DNA of 64,000 nucleotides from an uncultured Actinomycetes bacterium (GTDB lineage Bacteria; Actinomycetota; Thermoleophilia; RBG-16-64-13): contig CAWJDT010000001.1 in the NCBI GenBank assembly GCA_963841735.1, positions 1,440,001 through 1,504,000 on the forward strand, given 5' to 3'. Positions 50,849 to 60,015 of this stretch are shown piece after piece. The notes under the pieces were generated by a model. It saw only the letters and a program-made list of their open reading frames with translations, was not told the DNA's origin and did no database searches. Position numbers and translations under genes: made by a program. Position 1 is the first letter of the stretch. Every line of letters begins with the position of its first letter.

Positions 50849-53064
50849 ATGGATAGCGATTTGGACAGCAGTGCTCTCGTGGCTCCAGTGCCCGAACTCC
50901 CCCGCGAGGACTATCCGGTGGAGTGGTGGTTCTTCCAGGGCGGGTTCACCAGGCCGGGTGGAGCCCAATACGAGTACATGGTCTCGTTCTTCCGCATCAC
51001 GGTATCGCGGGCGCATGAGCCGCAGCAAAACGGTCACAGCCTTCTAGTCACGCTGCTTGAGGTCGCGACCGGCAAGAACTACACGCTCAGCCGGGTGGAC
51101 GATCTCGTTGTGAGCGGCATGGTCAGACGCGTCGAGCTTCTGGACGACATCGGAGATCGACAGAGAACTGCAGCAAGTGCTCTACAGAGAGATCGAGAGG
51201 CACGGTCCTCCCCGGCCGATCAAGCTGGGCAAGGCTCCTGTGGAGATGCTCCAAGACCGGCTCAAGGTCTCTTGGGACGACTTTGCGCTTGAGCAGGTCG
51301 GCAGCACCTTCTTTGTCGACTTCGCCGTTCCCGACTGGGAGCTGCAGGTCTCTCTGTGTTTGGAGCCGGAATACCCGCGCATGCTCGTGCAAAGAGAAGA
51401 CGAGCCCGACTCTCTCACCGGGGGGCTTATGCTGGCCAGCTATCCGCGCATGGCCGTTAGCGGCCGAGTGAACGGGGAGGAGCTGGGAGGTACAGGCTGG
51501 TTTGACCACCAGTGGGGCGATTTCGGCTGGTTCGTCACCGGTCCTTTGACAAAGGACTACGTGGGTTGGGACTGGTTCGGCATCAACCTCGACGATGGCA
51601 CCGACATCATCATCTCAGCAGTCAAGCAGATGCGGGCGGATCGGGAGCTCAGGTCCCGGGCCTTCGTGCGTTCGCCCAGCGGGGACACGGCGGAGTATGA
51701 GGAACTACAGATCACCCCGCTTAGGTACTGGGAGAGCCCTCGCAGCCACACCCGCTACCCCATCGAGTGGCGTATCCAGATACCCGCGCTCGACTTGGAC
51801 GCCGTCTACAGGCCGCTCATAGACGACCAGGAGATAGCTCTGCTGGGGGTCGCGCGGGCGGTCTGGGAGGGGGCCGGAAGGCTTGCGGGCACCATGGGCG
51901 GCCGGGACATTTCGGGCCGCGCGAGAGGCGAGTTCTACGGATACGGGTACATCTTCGACTTCCAGGACTTCATCCAGCGGCTGGTGGACAAGGTGGACAA
52001 GCACCTGGATGAGTTTCTTCCCCGGCGATTCGACGAAGCCGACGTGGCCAAGTTCGTCGGTGAGCCCCATTGGCGGCACGAACCCGAGGCCTATACCGAA
52101 CTGCTGGCCACTCCCGTCTGGGACCTTATCTCGCGCAAGGGCAAGAGGTGGAGGCCGGTCTTCGGTATCCTCATGGGCGAGGCGCTTGGGGCCGCGACGG
52201 AGCACTACGAGAAGTCCACCTGTCTGGCGGAGTTTGTCCACTCGGGCGCTCTGATCATCGACGACATCCAGGATGATTCGCTGCTCCGCCGTGGGGAGCC
52301 GTGCATCCATCTCAAGTACGGGGTCGATGTGGCCATCAGCGCCGGCAACACCCTGTACTTTCTCCCCTCCATCGACCTGCTCCACCACCCGCACCTGGAC
52401 GATCTTCAGAAGCTGCGTGTCCACGAGATCATGATGGACACATACCTGCAGGCGCACTTCGGGCAGACCGTGGACATCTACTACTCGAAGTACCTGACCC
52501 GGGAGAACCTGGAATCGTGGCTTGAGGGGCCGCTAGAGGACAAGATCCTGCAGCTTTACGATTTCAAGACCGCCGCGATGCCTCGCGGGCTGGCGCAGAC
52601 CGCCGCGCTGGTGGCCAGGGCGGATGCTGAACGTGACCCAGGCGTGTGTCGACTTCTCCCGAGCGTTTGCCGTGTCCTTCCAGATCATCGACGACGTGCA
52701 CAACTTCAGCGACTCGCCCGAGTGGCGGAAGGTCCGCGGGGAGGACCTGGCCGGCGGCAAGTTGACCTACGCTATCGTCCGGGCGATCCGCCTGCTGGAG
52801 AATGCCGACGGGGGTGACGGCGCGAGACGGGATCGGTTGGTCGAGATCCTGTGCTCCCCCGAACTGCGCAAAGACCCGCGGGTGCTCCAAGAGGGCATCG
52901 CTTTGGTGAGGGAGTCAGGTGCGCTCGAAGAGTGTCGGGAGACGGCCAGGCAGATGAGCATGGAGGCCAACGAGCGCTTCGGCGACGCTATCCCCAGCTG
53001 CGAGCCCAAGATCATGCTCAGCATGCTCTGCGTCAAGATGCTCGACCTGGCCTTCGACACTTAG
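50849..53064 (+). CDS. CrtC/AttH lipocalin-like domain fused to a trans-polyprenyl diphosphate synthase (frameshifts near 51160 and 52625)
   Basis: EWWFFQG, GWFDHQWG, WDWFGINLDDG, W.SP.S..RYP..W, DQE, WEG; then GKRWRP, DDIQD..LRRG, GQ..D, KT, FQIIDDVHN, EDL..GK. Confidence 0.85.
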
Positions 53065-53087
53065 GCCCCGGATCCAGGAGGTCTCAC

Positions 53088-53900
53088 ATGTCTCTTCAAG
53101 GTTTCAGCGTACCTCTGTCTCCGGAAGGCCGGGCCGCTCTCACGCCTGTGCCTCCCTGGCATTACGCCGGCGACCTGCTGCTGGTCGACTTCGCCGCCGA
53201 TCCCGCCGCCGTCGAGGCGGTGCTGCCCCGCGGTCTGGAGCTCGACCCCGCCGATCCCGGCGGGTGCGTGGCCTTGTTCGTCGCCTGGCAGTACACCAGC
53301 GAGACCGGGGAGGAGTATCTCGACCCGGCCCGCAGCCAGTACAACGAGTTCATCCTGCTGGTGAACGCTCTCTACCGCGGCGAAGCTGTCTGCACCTGCC
53401 CCTACATCTACGTGGACAAAGACAACGCCATGGCCCGCGGTTGGATCCAGGGCTGGCCCAAGAAGGGCGGCGAGATCCACACCACCCGGGCCTTCCCGCT
53501 GGCGGCCAAGGCTGCTCCTCGGGTGGAGCCGGGCGGCCGCTTCGGTGGCACTCTTTCGGTCAACGGCCGGCGTATCGCCGAGGCGGTAGTGGAGTTGGAG
53601 AAGGTCTCCGCCGATCCGGTGTACTTCGGTAAGCGCCCGGCGGTCAATCTGCGCTACTTCCCACAGCTGGCCGGAGCCGGCAAGGCGAAACCGCCCGTGT
53701 GTGAGTTGGTGAGGTCGCTACTGGGCGGGGCTCAGCGCACGGAAATATGGGAAGGGGCGGCTGATCTCAGATTCTTCGCCTCTCCCGACAACGAGCTCGA
53801 CGCCTTCCGGCCGGTCGCGGTGCGCCGCGGTTATCGCTACAGCATGACCATGACCATCGCCGACCTAGAGGTGCTGGAGGAGCTAAAGAGGGTCGGGTAG
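53088..53900 (+). CDS. Acetoacetate decarboxylase-fold protein (ADC/MppR-like)
   Basis: PPWHY, QYNE, YIYVD, GWIQGWPKK (Schiff-base Lys position); AGGAGG SD, 23 nt after the upstream stop. Confidence 0.85.
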   Translation: MSLQGFSVPLSPEGRAALTPVPPWHYAGDLLLVDFAADPAAVEAVLPRGLELDPADPGGCVALFVAWQYTSETGEEYLDPARSQYNEFILLVNALYRGEAVCTCPYIYVDKDNAMARGWIQGWPKKGGEIHTTRAFPLAAKAAPRVEPGGRFGGTLSVNGRRIAEAVVELEKVSADPVYFGKRPAVNLRYFPQLAGAGKAKPPVCELVRSLLGGAQRTEIWEGAADLRFFASPDNELDAFRPVAVRRGYRYSMTMTIADLEVLEELKRVG

Positions 53901-54078
53901 GGAGGCCTGGGTCTGCCCTGGTTGGCGTAGGTGGAGCTCGACGCCGGCTTCCGTAGTAACCGTTAGGTAGAGAGTAAGACAGTCCGGGATGTGGTTGGGG
54001 CCGGCAGGTGGTCTCGAGGCTGCTGGGGCGGTCTATACTAGGAATGGATTTCCTCAGGCGAAAGGCGGATGGCAACAC

Positions 54079-55131
54079 ATGCAGCGCATGATCCTTGGCA
54101 GGACCAATCTGGATGTCTGCCGTCTTGGGTTCGGAGGCATCCCGATCCAGAGGCTGAGCGAAGCGGAAGCGGTGGAGACCGTCGGCCATGCACTCGCGCA
54201 GGGGATCGACTTCATCGACACCTCCCGCGGCTACAGCACCAGCGAGCGGCGCATCGGCTTGGCCTTGAAGCAGGCCGGCATGGGCGCCGACGGCCGCGAC
54301 AGCGCCGGCGGCCGCTCCGTGGTGCTCGCCTCCAAGTCCCAATCCAAGACTGCGGACAAGATGCGGGCCGACCTGGAGACCAGCCTTGAGGAACTCCAGC
54401 GGCACTACATCGACATCTACAAATGCCACTTCGTGGCCAACCTCGCCGACTACCAGACGGTGACGTCTCCCGGGGGCGCGCTTGAGGCCCTGAGCAAGGC
54501 CAAGGACGAGGGCCTGATAGGTCACATCGGCATCACCAGTCACAGCCTGGACGTGCTTGATCGGGCTCTCGACGACGAACTTTTCGACGTCATCATGGTC
54601 TGCTTCAGCTTTCTCGAACCCAAGGCCAAGGAAGAGATCATCCCGAAAGCGCACCAGAAGAACGTCGGCGTGCTCGCCATGAAGCCGTTTTCCGGCGGAG
54701 TGATCGAAGACGCCCGGCTGGCCCTGAAGTACGCTCTCTCGGAGCCCGGAGTCCTGGTGCTCGCCGGAGTGGAGCATACGGATCTGCTGGACGAGAACTG
54801 GAGGGTGTTCCAGGAAGGCGCGTCGCTCACCGAGGGCGAGCAGCGGGAGATCGCCGCGCTGCAGCAGAGCTACGACAAGGTGTTCTGCCGCCGCTGTAAC
54901 TACTGCCAGCCCTGCTCGGAAGGCATCGCCATCCAGGCCGTCCTGGGCGTGCGGTCCATGATGAAACGCATGGGAAGAGACCTCTTGCTGAAGGGACGGT
55001 TCGGGGAAGACCTCGTCAAAGCCAGGAACTGCACGGAGTGCGGCGAGTGTATGACCCGCTGTCCCTACGAATTGTCCATCCCCGACCTTATCAGGGAGAA
55101 CCTGCGTTGGGTGGACGAGCAGGCGGAGTGA
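54079..55131 (+). CDS. Aldo/keto reductase with C-terminal 4Fe-4S domain
   Basis: LGFGGIPIQR, IDTSRGY, GITSH, MKPFSGG, CRRCNYCQPC, CTECGECMTRCP. Confidence 0.92.
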   Translation: MQRMILGRTNLDVCRLGFGGIPIQRLSEAEAVETVGHALAQGIDFIDTSRGYSTSERRIGLALKQAGMGADGRDSAGGRSVVLASKSQSKTADKMRADLETSLEELQRHYIDIYKCHFVANLADYQTVTSPGGALEALSKAKDEGLIGHIGITSHSLDVLDRALDDELFDVIMVCFSFLEPKAKEEIIPKAHQKNVGVLAMKPFSGGVIEDARLALKYALSEPGVLVLAGVEHTDLLDENWRVFQEGASLTEGEQREIAALQQSYDKVFCRRCNYCQPCSEGIAIQAVLGVRSMMKRMGRDLLLKGRFGEDLVKARNCTECGECMTRCPYELSIPDLIRENLRWVDEQAE

Positions 55132-55224
55132 GTCAGGAACCCGCCAACTGGCCAGCCCAAGACTGACCAGCCGGGGGAAGCGAGTCCACCCTCGGCGGCC
55201 TAGGCCTACGGATGAAGGCACGAA

Positions 55225-55650
55225 CTAGTCTCTACTCGAAGTCCAGAGTTCGCGAAGAAGCTCCAGCAGTCTCGCGGGCGGGTCGTTCCTACCCACGAAG
55301 TGGTCTGCTCCCGATCGCAAGGCCTGTTCTCGGGTCTCGGGGAGCCCGCTCATGGCTATCACCGTGCATCCGGAGAGGTGAGCTCTCATCTGGGGCAGCA
55401 CCCCCGCAGCGTCGAGGCCGGGGAGCTCCCAGTCGATGAGCATCACGTTGACATCCCGGTTCTTGAGGAGCACGAGGACCTCGGTGGCGTCCTCCGCCTC
55501 CAGGATGGTGCAAGGGGCGGTAGTCGCCATCTCGGGCGCGTCCTGCTCCGCCTCCCAGTGGTCGGAGACTTCCAGGAGCGCGATGCGCAGGGCCGCTCTG
55601 ATCTCCCTGTTGTCGTCGGCTACCAGGATGAGCACGTTCTCCTCCGTCAT
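55225..55650 (-). CDS. Stand-alone receiver-domain protein (atypical)
   Basis: ILVADD, MLIDWELPG, IAMS, GADHFV; no output domain. Confidence 0.8.
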   Translation of the reverse strand: MTEENVLILVADDNREIRAALRIALLEVSDHWEAEQDAPEMATTAPCTILEAEDATEVLVLLKNRDVNVMLIDWELPGLDAAGVLPQMRAHLSGCTVIAMSGLPETREQALRSGADHFVGRNDPPARLLELLRELWTSSRD

Positions 55651-55823
55651 TGAGCGGGCTTGCTCTTGTCTCTGGGCTTACTATGGCCTGACAAGGAGGA
55701 TGCGCCCACATGCAGGTGGATAGTCCCGACCTGGCCGGTTGGGGAGTCTTGACCGAAGGGTGCTGTGGTACCGAAGGGAGCCTGAGGGGAGGTGTCGGGC
55801 GCTCGCCGGGCTCTAGCCGGGCT

Positions 55824-58061
55824 CTAGCCGCGGTCGGTCGTGGGCGACCAGGTCACCATGACCTTTGTTCCTTGGGCCGGTGCGGATTGCACGGTGAGCG
55901 TGCCTCCGAACGACTCCGCCCGCTCGCGCATGATGCCGAGTCCCAACTGACCCGCTCCGCTGCTGGCCGGATCGAATCCTCTACCGTCGTCCTCGATGCT
56001 CAGATGGACTCCGGTGTCTGAGCAGGTGAGCTGCACGCGGGCTTTGCTGGCGCCCGAATGCTTGGCGACGTTGTTGAGCGCTTCTTGCGCTATGTAGTAA
56101 AGGGCCACGCGCGCCTCCGGCGGGATGGCCGAGCAGCCTTCGTCTGTCTCCACCTCCACCGGGATGCGAGCCCGGCCTACGGCGGCCTCTCCCAATTGCC
56201 TCAGCAGGTCGGGCAACTGGGCGTCGGCCAGTGCGGCCGGTCGCAACTCCAGCAACAGGGTGCGCATCTCGGCCAGAGCTCCCCGGGTGAGCACCCGCAG
56301 CTCTTCCAGTCGCCGTCTGCCATCGTCCGGGTTGCGCTCGTAGATGCGGGGCAGGACCTCGGCGATCAGGCTCACCGAGAACAGTGTCTGGCTGACGGCG
56401 TCGTGTAGATCGCGGGCCAGGCGCTGCCGCTCCCGGCCGGCGGCCGACTCGTCGGCCTGTTCGTAGAGACGGGAGTTCTCGATGGCGATGGCCAGCTGGT
56501 CGGCCAGGGTCTGGGCGGCGGATACGTCGTGTCCGTCGAGAGGTTGAGCGCTCCGGGCGGTGATGTCGAGGACTCCCACCAGGCTGTCCTTGATCCGGAT
56601 GGGGACCGCGATCTCCGCGTAGCGGCCGGTCTCGCCTGGCACGCCCAGGAGTGAATGCTCACCGGTAGATGCCACCGCGCTGATGGCCGGCAGACAGACC
56701 GGCTCTCTCAAATCGACCGCCGTCGGCTCACCGCACTCAGCGTCTTCCTCACAGGTTAGGAGGTCACCGCGGAGGTCTCCGGTGTTGCCGGTGAGCAGAA
56801 GCACCCGTACGCTCTGGTAGTCGAAGGTGGACACCAGCGATCGGGCCACGTAGGGCACCAGTTGCTTCAGGTCGAGAATGGCGCTGATGTGTCGCCCGGC
56901 TTCGTTGATGGCGCGCAGGTGGTCGGTGCGGCGCTCGAGGTTTCTCACCAAGTCGCGCAGGCGCGCGGTCATGCGGTTGAAGGCTCCGGCCAGGGTGCCG
57001 ATCTCGTCGTGTTGGCCTACGTCGGCCTCGAGGTCGAGCTCTCCCGCCGCGATGCGGCCGGCTGTGTTCCCCAACTGGGCCAGGGGACGGACGATGCGCC
57101 GGGTAAGGGCGATCCCCGCCAGGATGGCCAGTATGGCCGCCAAGATAGCGACCCCGCTGGTTATGGTCAACGCGATCCGGGTGGGCCCCAGGGCCTCCGC
57201 CTGCTCCTGCTCGGCGATCAGGGCGACCTTGAGCCCGGGGATCCAGTCATACACGCCGATGACCGAGTCTCCCGCGTAGCCCCGGTAGGTGGCGGAGCCA
57301 TCCCGGCCACGTCCTATGGCGGCATCGGTGCCTTCAGTGCGGATGTAGGTGTCGGGTATGGAGTAGCCCGGCTGGCGGAGATAGGTGAGCAGCCGGTAGT
57401 TGGATCCCACCAGGTAAGTCTCGCCGGTCTCCCCGAGTCCGGCGCGCTCGATCATGATCGCGTTGAGACCACTCAGGTCCGCGCGCCCGGCGATGACTCC
57501 GATGGTCTCCCCGCCTTCCAGCACAGGCGCGCTGGCTACGATGGTCATCTTGCCCAGGGAGAGCGAGTACGAGGGCTCCTGCAGGTACTTGCCCTTGAGC
57601 CCTTGGACGAAGTAGTCGTTCAGTCCGACGCGCTGACCCTCGTGGCTTTGGTCCGTAGAGATGAGCACCACGCCGTCCTTGTCCATGAAGAACACTTCCT
57701 CGAACAGCCCCATGCGGATAACCGCCCAGAGGAAGCGCTCCTGTACCTGGTTGTAGGTTCCCCCACGGCGCGATTCTTCCGGAACCCCAAGGGTGAGCGC
57801 GCGGAGGTCGCGGGGGATCTCGGTGAACGAGAGCACGATATCCAGACTAAGCCTGAGACCGTCGGTCCAGGTCAAGATCTCCTGCATCTTGAGCGTAGCC
57901 ACCGATTTCAGCTGGCCCACCACGCGATTGTGGGCGTCGCGAGATCCCACGACCGATGTGACAATGCTGATGGCGAGCGCGGTGAGCACCACGCTCATAG
58001 TGAGGAAAAGCAGCAGCCTGCTCCGGATGCTGAGTGAGCGGGGGAGGGAGAGGCGCTTCAC
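55824..58061 (-). CDS. Sensor histidine kinase (TM-Cache-TM-HAMP-GAF-HisKA_3-HATPase)
   Basis: ERQRLARDLHDAVSQ, QEALNNVAKHS, DDGRGF, GLGIMRER, HAMP DEIGTLAGAFNRM, GAF end LADQLAIAIEN. Confidence 0.93.
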   Translation of the reverse strand: MKRLSLPRSLSIRSRLLLFLTMSVVLTALAISIVTSVVGSRDAHNRVVGQLKSVATLKMQEILTWTDGLRLSLDIVLSFTEIPRDLRALTLGVPEESRRGGTYNQVQERFLWAVIRMGLFEEVFFMDKDGVVLISTDQSHEGQRVGLNDYFVQGLKGKYLQEPSYSLSLGKMTIVASAPVLEGGETIGVIAGRADLSGLNAIMIERAGLGETGETYLVGSNYRLLTYLRQPGYSIPDTYIRTEGTDAAIGRGRDGSATYRGYAGDSVIGVYDWIPGLKVALIAEQEQAEALGPTRIALTITSGVAILAAILAILAGIALTRRIVRPLAQLGNTAGRIAAGELDLEADVGQHDEIGTLAGAFNRMTARLRDLVRNLERRTDHLRAINEAGRHISAILDLKQLVPYVARSLVSTFDYQSVRVLLLTGNTGDLRGDLLTCEEDAECGEPTAVDLREPVCLPAISAVASTGEHSLLGVPGETGRYAEIAVPIRIKDSLVGVLDITARSAQPLDGHDVSAAQTLADQLAIAIENSRLYEQADESAAGRERQRLARDLHDAVSQTLFSVSLIAEVLPRIYERNPDDGRRRLEELRVLTRGALAEMRTLLLELRPAALADAQLPDLLRQLGEAAVGRARIPVEVETDEGCSAIPPEARVALYYIAQEALNNVAKHSGASKARVQLTCSDTGVHLSIEDDGRGFDPASSGAGQLGLGIMRERAESFGGTLTVQSAPAQGTKVMVTWSPTTDRG

Positions 58062-58084
58062 ATCACGAGGGAGGCTGCGGTCTT

Positions 58085-59075
58085 CTACGGCTCGACCGGG
58101 CTGAACTGCATGGTGTAGCCGGGTCGTTCGGCGTTGAAGGCATCCACCATGAGTTGCTGCCAGCGAGCAGCATCGATCCATCCTACCGGGACTTGGGGGG
58201 TATCAATGAGAGGCGCGACCGCGTGAACGGCCAGTTGCTGGAACTCGAACCCGTTGTTCGGGCGCCCAGGTCTCGAGTATCTCGGCGGCCTCATTCTGGT
58301 GCTCGAGGGCGTACCGCCAACCGTCATAGCTCGCCTGGACGAAGCGCTTCACCAGGGTCGGTTGCTGGGAGACGGTGCTATCGAGTGTGATGAGCAGGCC
58401 CTCATAGCCACCGATGCCGTAGTCGGACGGGAAGATGTTGTCCACGGGATAGCCGGCCACCTCGGCCCTGATGGGCTCGTCCTGAGCGTAGCCCAGCCAC
58501 GCATCCACAGTGCCGTCGTATAGCAGCGACATCTGGTCGGGCGTGACGTCCACGGTGGTGACCGAGGCGGGATCCACTCCGGCTGCCGTGAGGGTTTCGC
58601 GCAGAATGTTCTTCCAGTAGGTGGTGGTGGTGCCTACCCGTTTGCCCGCCAGGTCGACGGGTTTTCGGATATCCGAGCCGGCAAGAGAGAAGATCACCAG
58701 GGGAGGTATCTGGAACGCGGACATGACCGCCACAGCCGGTTGCCCGGCCATGACCAGGTCGCGTTGTTCGGCGAATGAGCAGATGGCGAAGGTGGCGGCA
58801 CCGTTCAGTAGCTGCTCCCGGGCGGGCGCGCTCGGGGGTCCGCCCTCTAGGATGGTAACGTCGAGGCCTTGGTCTTCGTAGAAGCCTTTGGCCGCGGCCA
58901 CGTAGTAGCCCACGAACTCGGCCTCGTGGTACCAGTTGAGTTGCAGGGTCACGTCGGCGGCGGGTTGCGCTTCGCCACAGCCGGCCGCGACGCCTGCGAC
59001 CAGCGCCAGGCCGATAGCCAGGGCCAAAATGAGGGCGGGGACTCTGGCCGTGAGGGTGGTGGCGTTACGCCTCAT
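58085..59075 (-). CDS. NMT1/THI5-like substrate-binding lipoprotein (frameshift near 58260)
   Basis: Lipobox AAGC; LQLNWYHEAEFVGYYVAAAKGFY..GLDV, DLAGKRVG, FVQASYDGWRYA; ATGA overlap with the response regulator. Confidence 0.85.
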
Positions 59076-59710
59076 TTCACCAGTCCTTCGTGGATGGCCA
59101 TCGACACCGCCTCGGTGCGGCCGGACGCGCCGAGCTTCATTAGGATGTTGCTCACGTGGAACTTCACAGTCGAACGGCTGACGAAGAGCTTTGTGGCCAT
59201 CTCCGGATTGCTCAGCCCATCGACCATGAGTCTTAGGATCTCGAGTTCTCGGTCGGTGAGGCCATGGTCGGTCTGCTCTGGGTTTGTGGCGGCCTTGATG
59301 AGCACCTGGGCTGCTTCGGGCGCCAGCGTGGGCCGGCCGGCATGGGCGGCATGTATGGCCCGGGCCAGCTCGTCGGCCGAGACGTTCTTGAGCAGGTAGC
59401 TGATGGCTCCGGCCTTGAGGGCCGCCTGCACCAGGTCCTCCTCCTTGTAGCTGGTGAGCGCGATGACCTGCACGTGCGGACATTGTTCGCGGATGAGCTT
59501 GGTGGTCTGGGCGCCGTCGAGGTCGGGCATCATCAGGTCCATGAGCACCACGTCAGGGGCGAAGTCCCGGCACTTGGCCACTGCCTCGGTGCCGCCGCCG
59601 GCTTCGCCGACGAACTCCAGGTCGTCGTACGCCATCAAGAAGGCGGAAAGCCCGCTGCGCACCACGGCGTGGTCGTCAACGATCATCACACGCACCGGTT
59701 GCTGATCCAT
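59072..59710 (-). CDS. NarL/LuxR-family response regulator
   Basis: VDDHAVVRSG, DVVLMDLMMP, YLLKN, LTDRELEI..TVKFHVSNI. Confidence 0.96.
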   Translation of the reverse strand: MDQQPVRVMIVDDHAVVRSGLSAFLMAYDDLEFVGEAGGGTEAVAKCRDFAPDVVLMDLMMPDLDGAQTTKLIREQCPHVQVIALTSYKEEDLVQAALKAGAISYLLKNVSADELARAIHAAHAGRPTLAPEAAQVLIKAATNPEQTDHGLTDRELEILRLMVDGLSNPEMATKLFVSRSTVKFHVSNILMKLGASGRTEAVSMAIHEGLVK

Positions 59711-59794
59711 TGTCCTCCCTGCGCCCTATTGTCCAAGAATGCCGTCGCTCAAGAATACATTGCGGCAGCTTCGGCCGCTACGGGGTGCGACTCG

Positions 59795-59870
59795 GCAGGG
59801 CCTACCGACGCACTTGGGGTCCCGCTGGCTCCGCAGGGCCTACCGACGCACTTGGGGTCCCGCTGGCTCC
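59795..59870. repeat. Perfect 38-bp tandem duplication
   Basis: GCAGGGCCTACCGACGCACTTGGGGTCCCGCTGGCTCC at 59795-59832 and 59833-59870. Confidence 0.95.
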
Positions 59871-60015
59871 GCCTCACGGCAACCAGGGCTCCCCAACTGG
59901 CCAGGCTGAATACCCTCCGGCCGGTCAGACAAATACCCCCCTCCTGCCTGATTCGGCGCGGCTTCCGAGTGACGAAACTTAGAGGCAGCAAAACGCACCG
60001 TCTGGAGGGACGACA

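Noticed and set aside
53767-55221. Long antisense ORFs (this 484-aa one, also 14713..15843, 56862..58037, 60969..62093, 11550..12512)
   Set aside because: Shadow frames of well-supported genes, expected with GC-rich codon usage; no recognisable motifs
59795-59870. 38-bp direct repeat as a CRISPR array
   Set aside because: Only two abutting copies, no spacer, no cas genes in the window
59711-60015. TPP riboswitch for the THI5-like gene
   Set aside because: No CTGAGA-type aptamer core seen, and the gene is internal to a two-component operon
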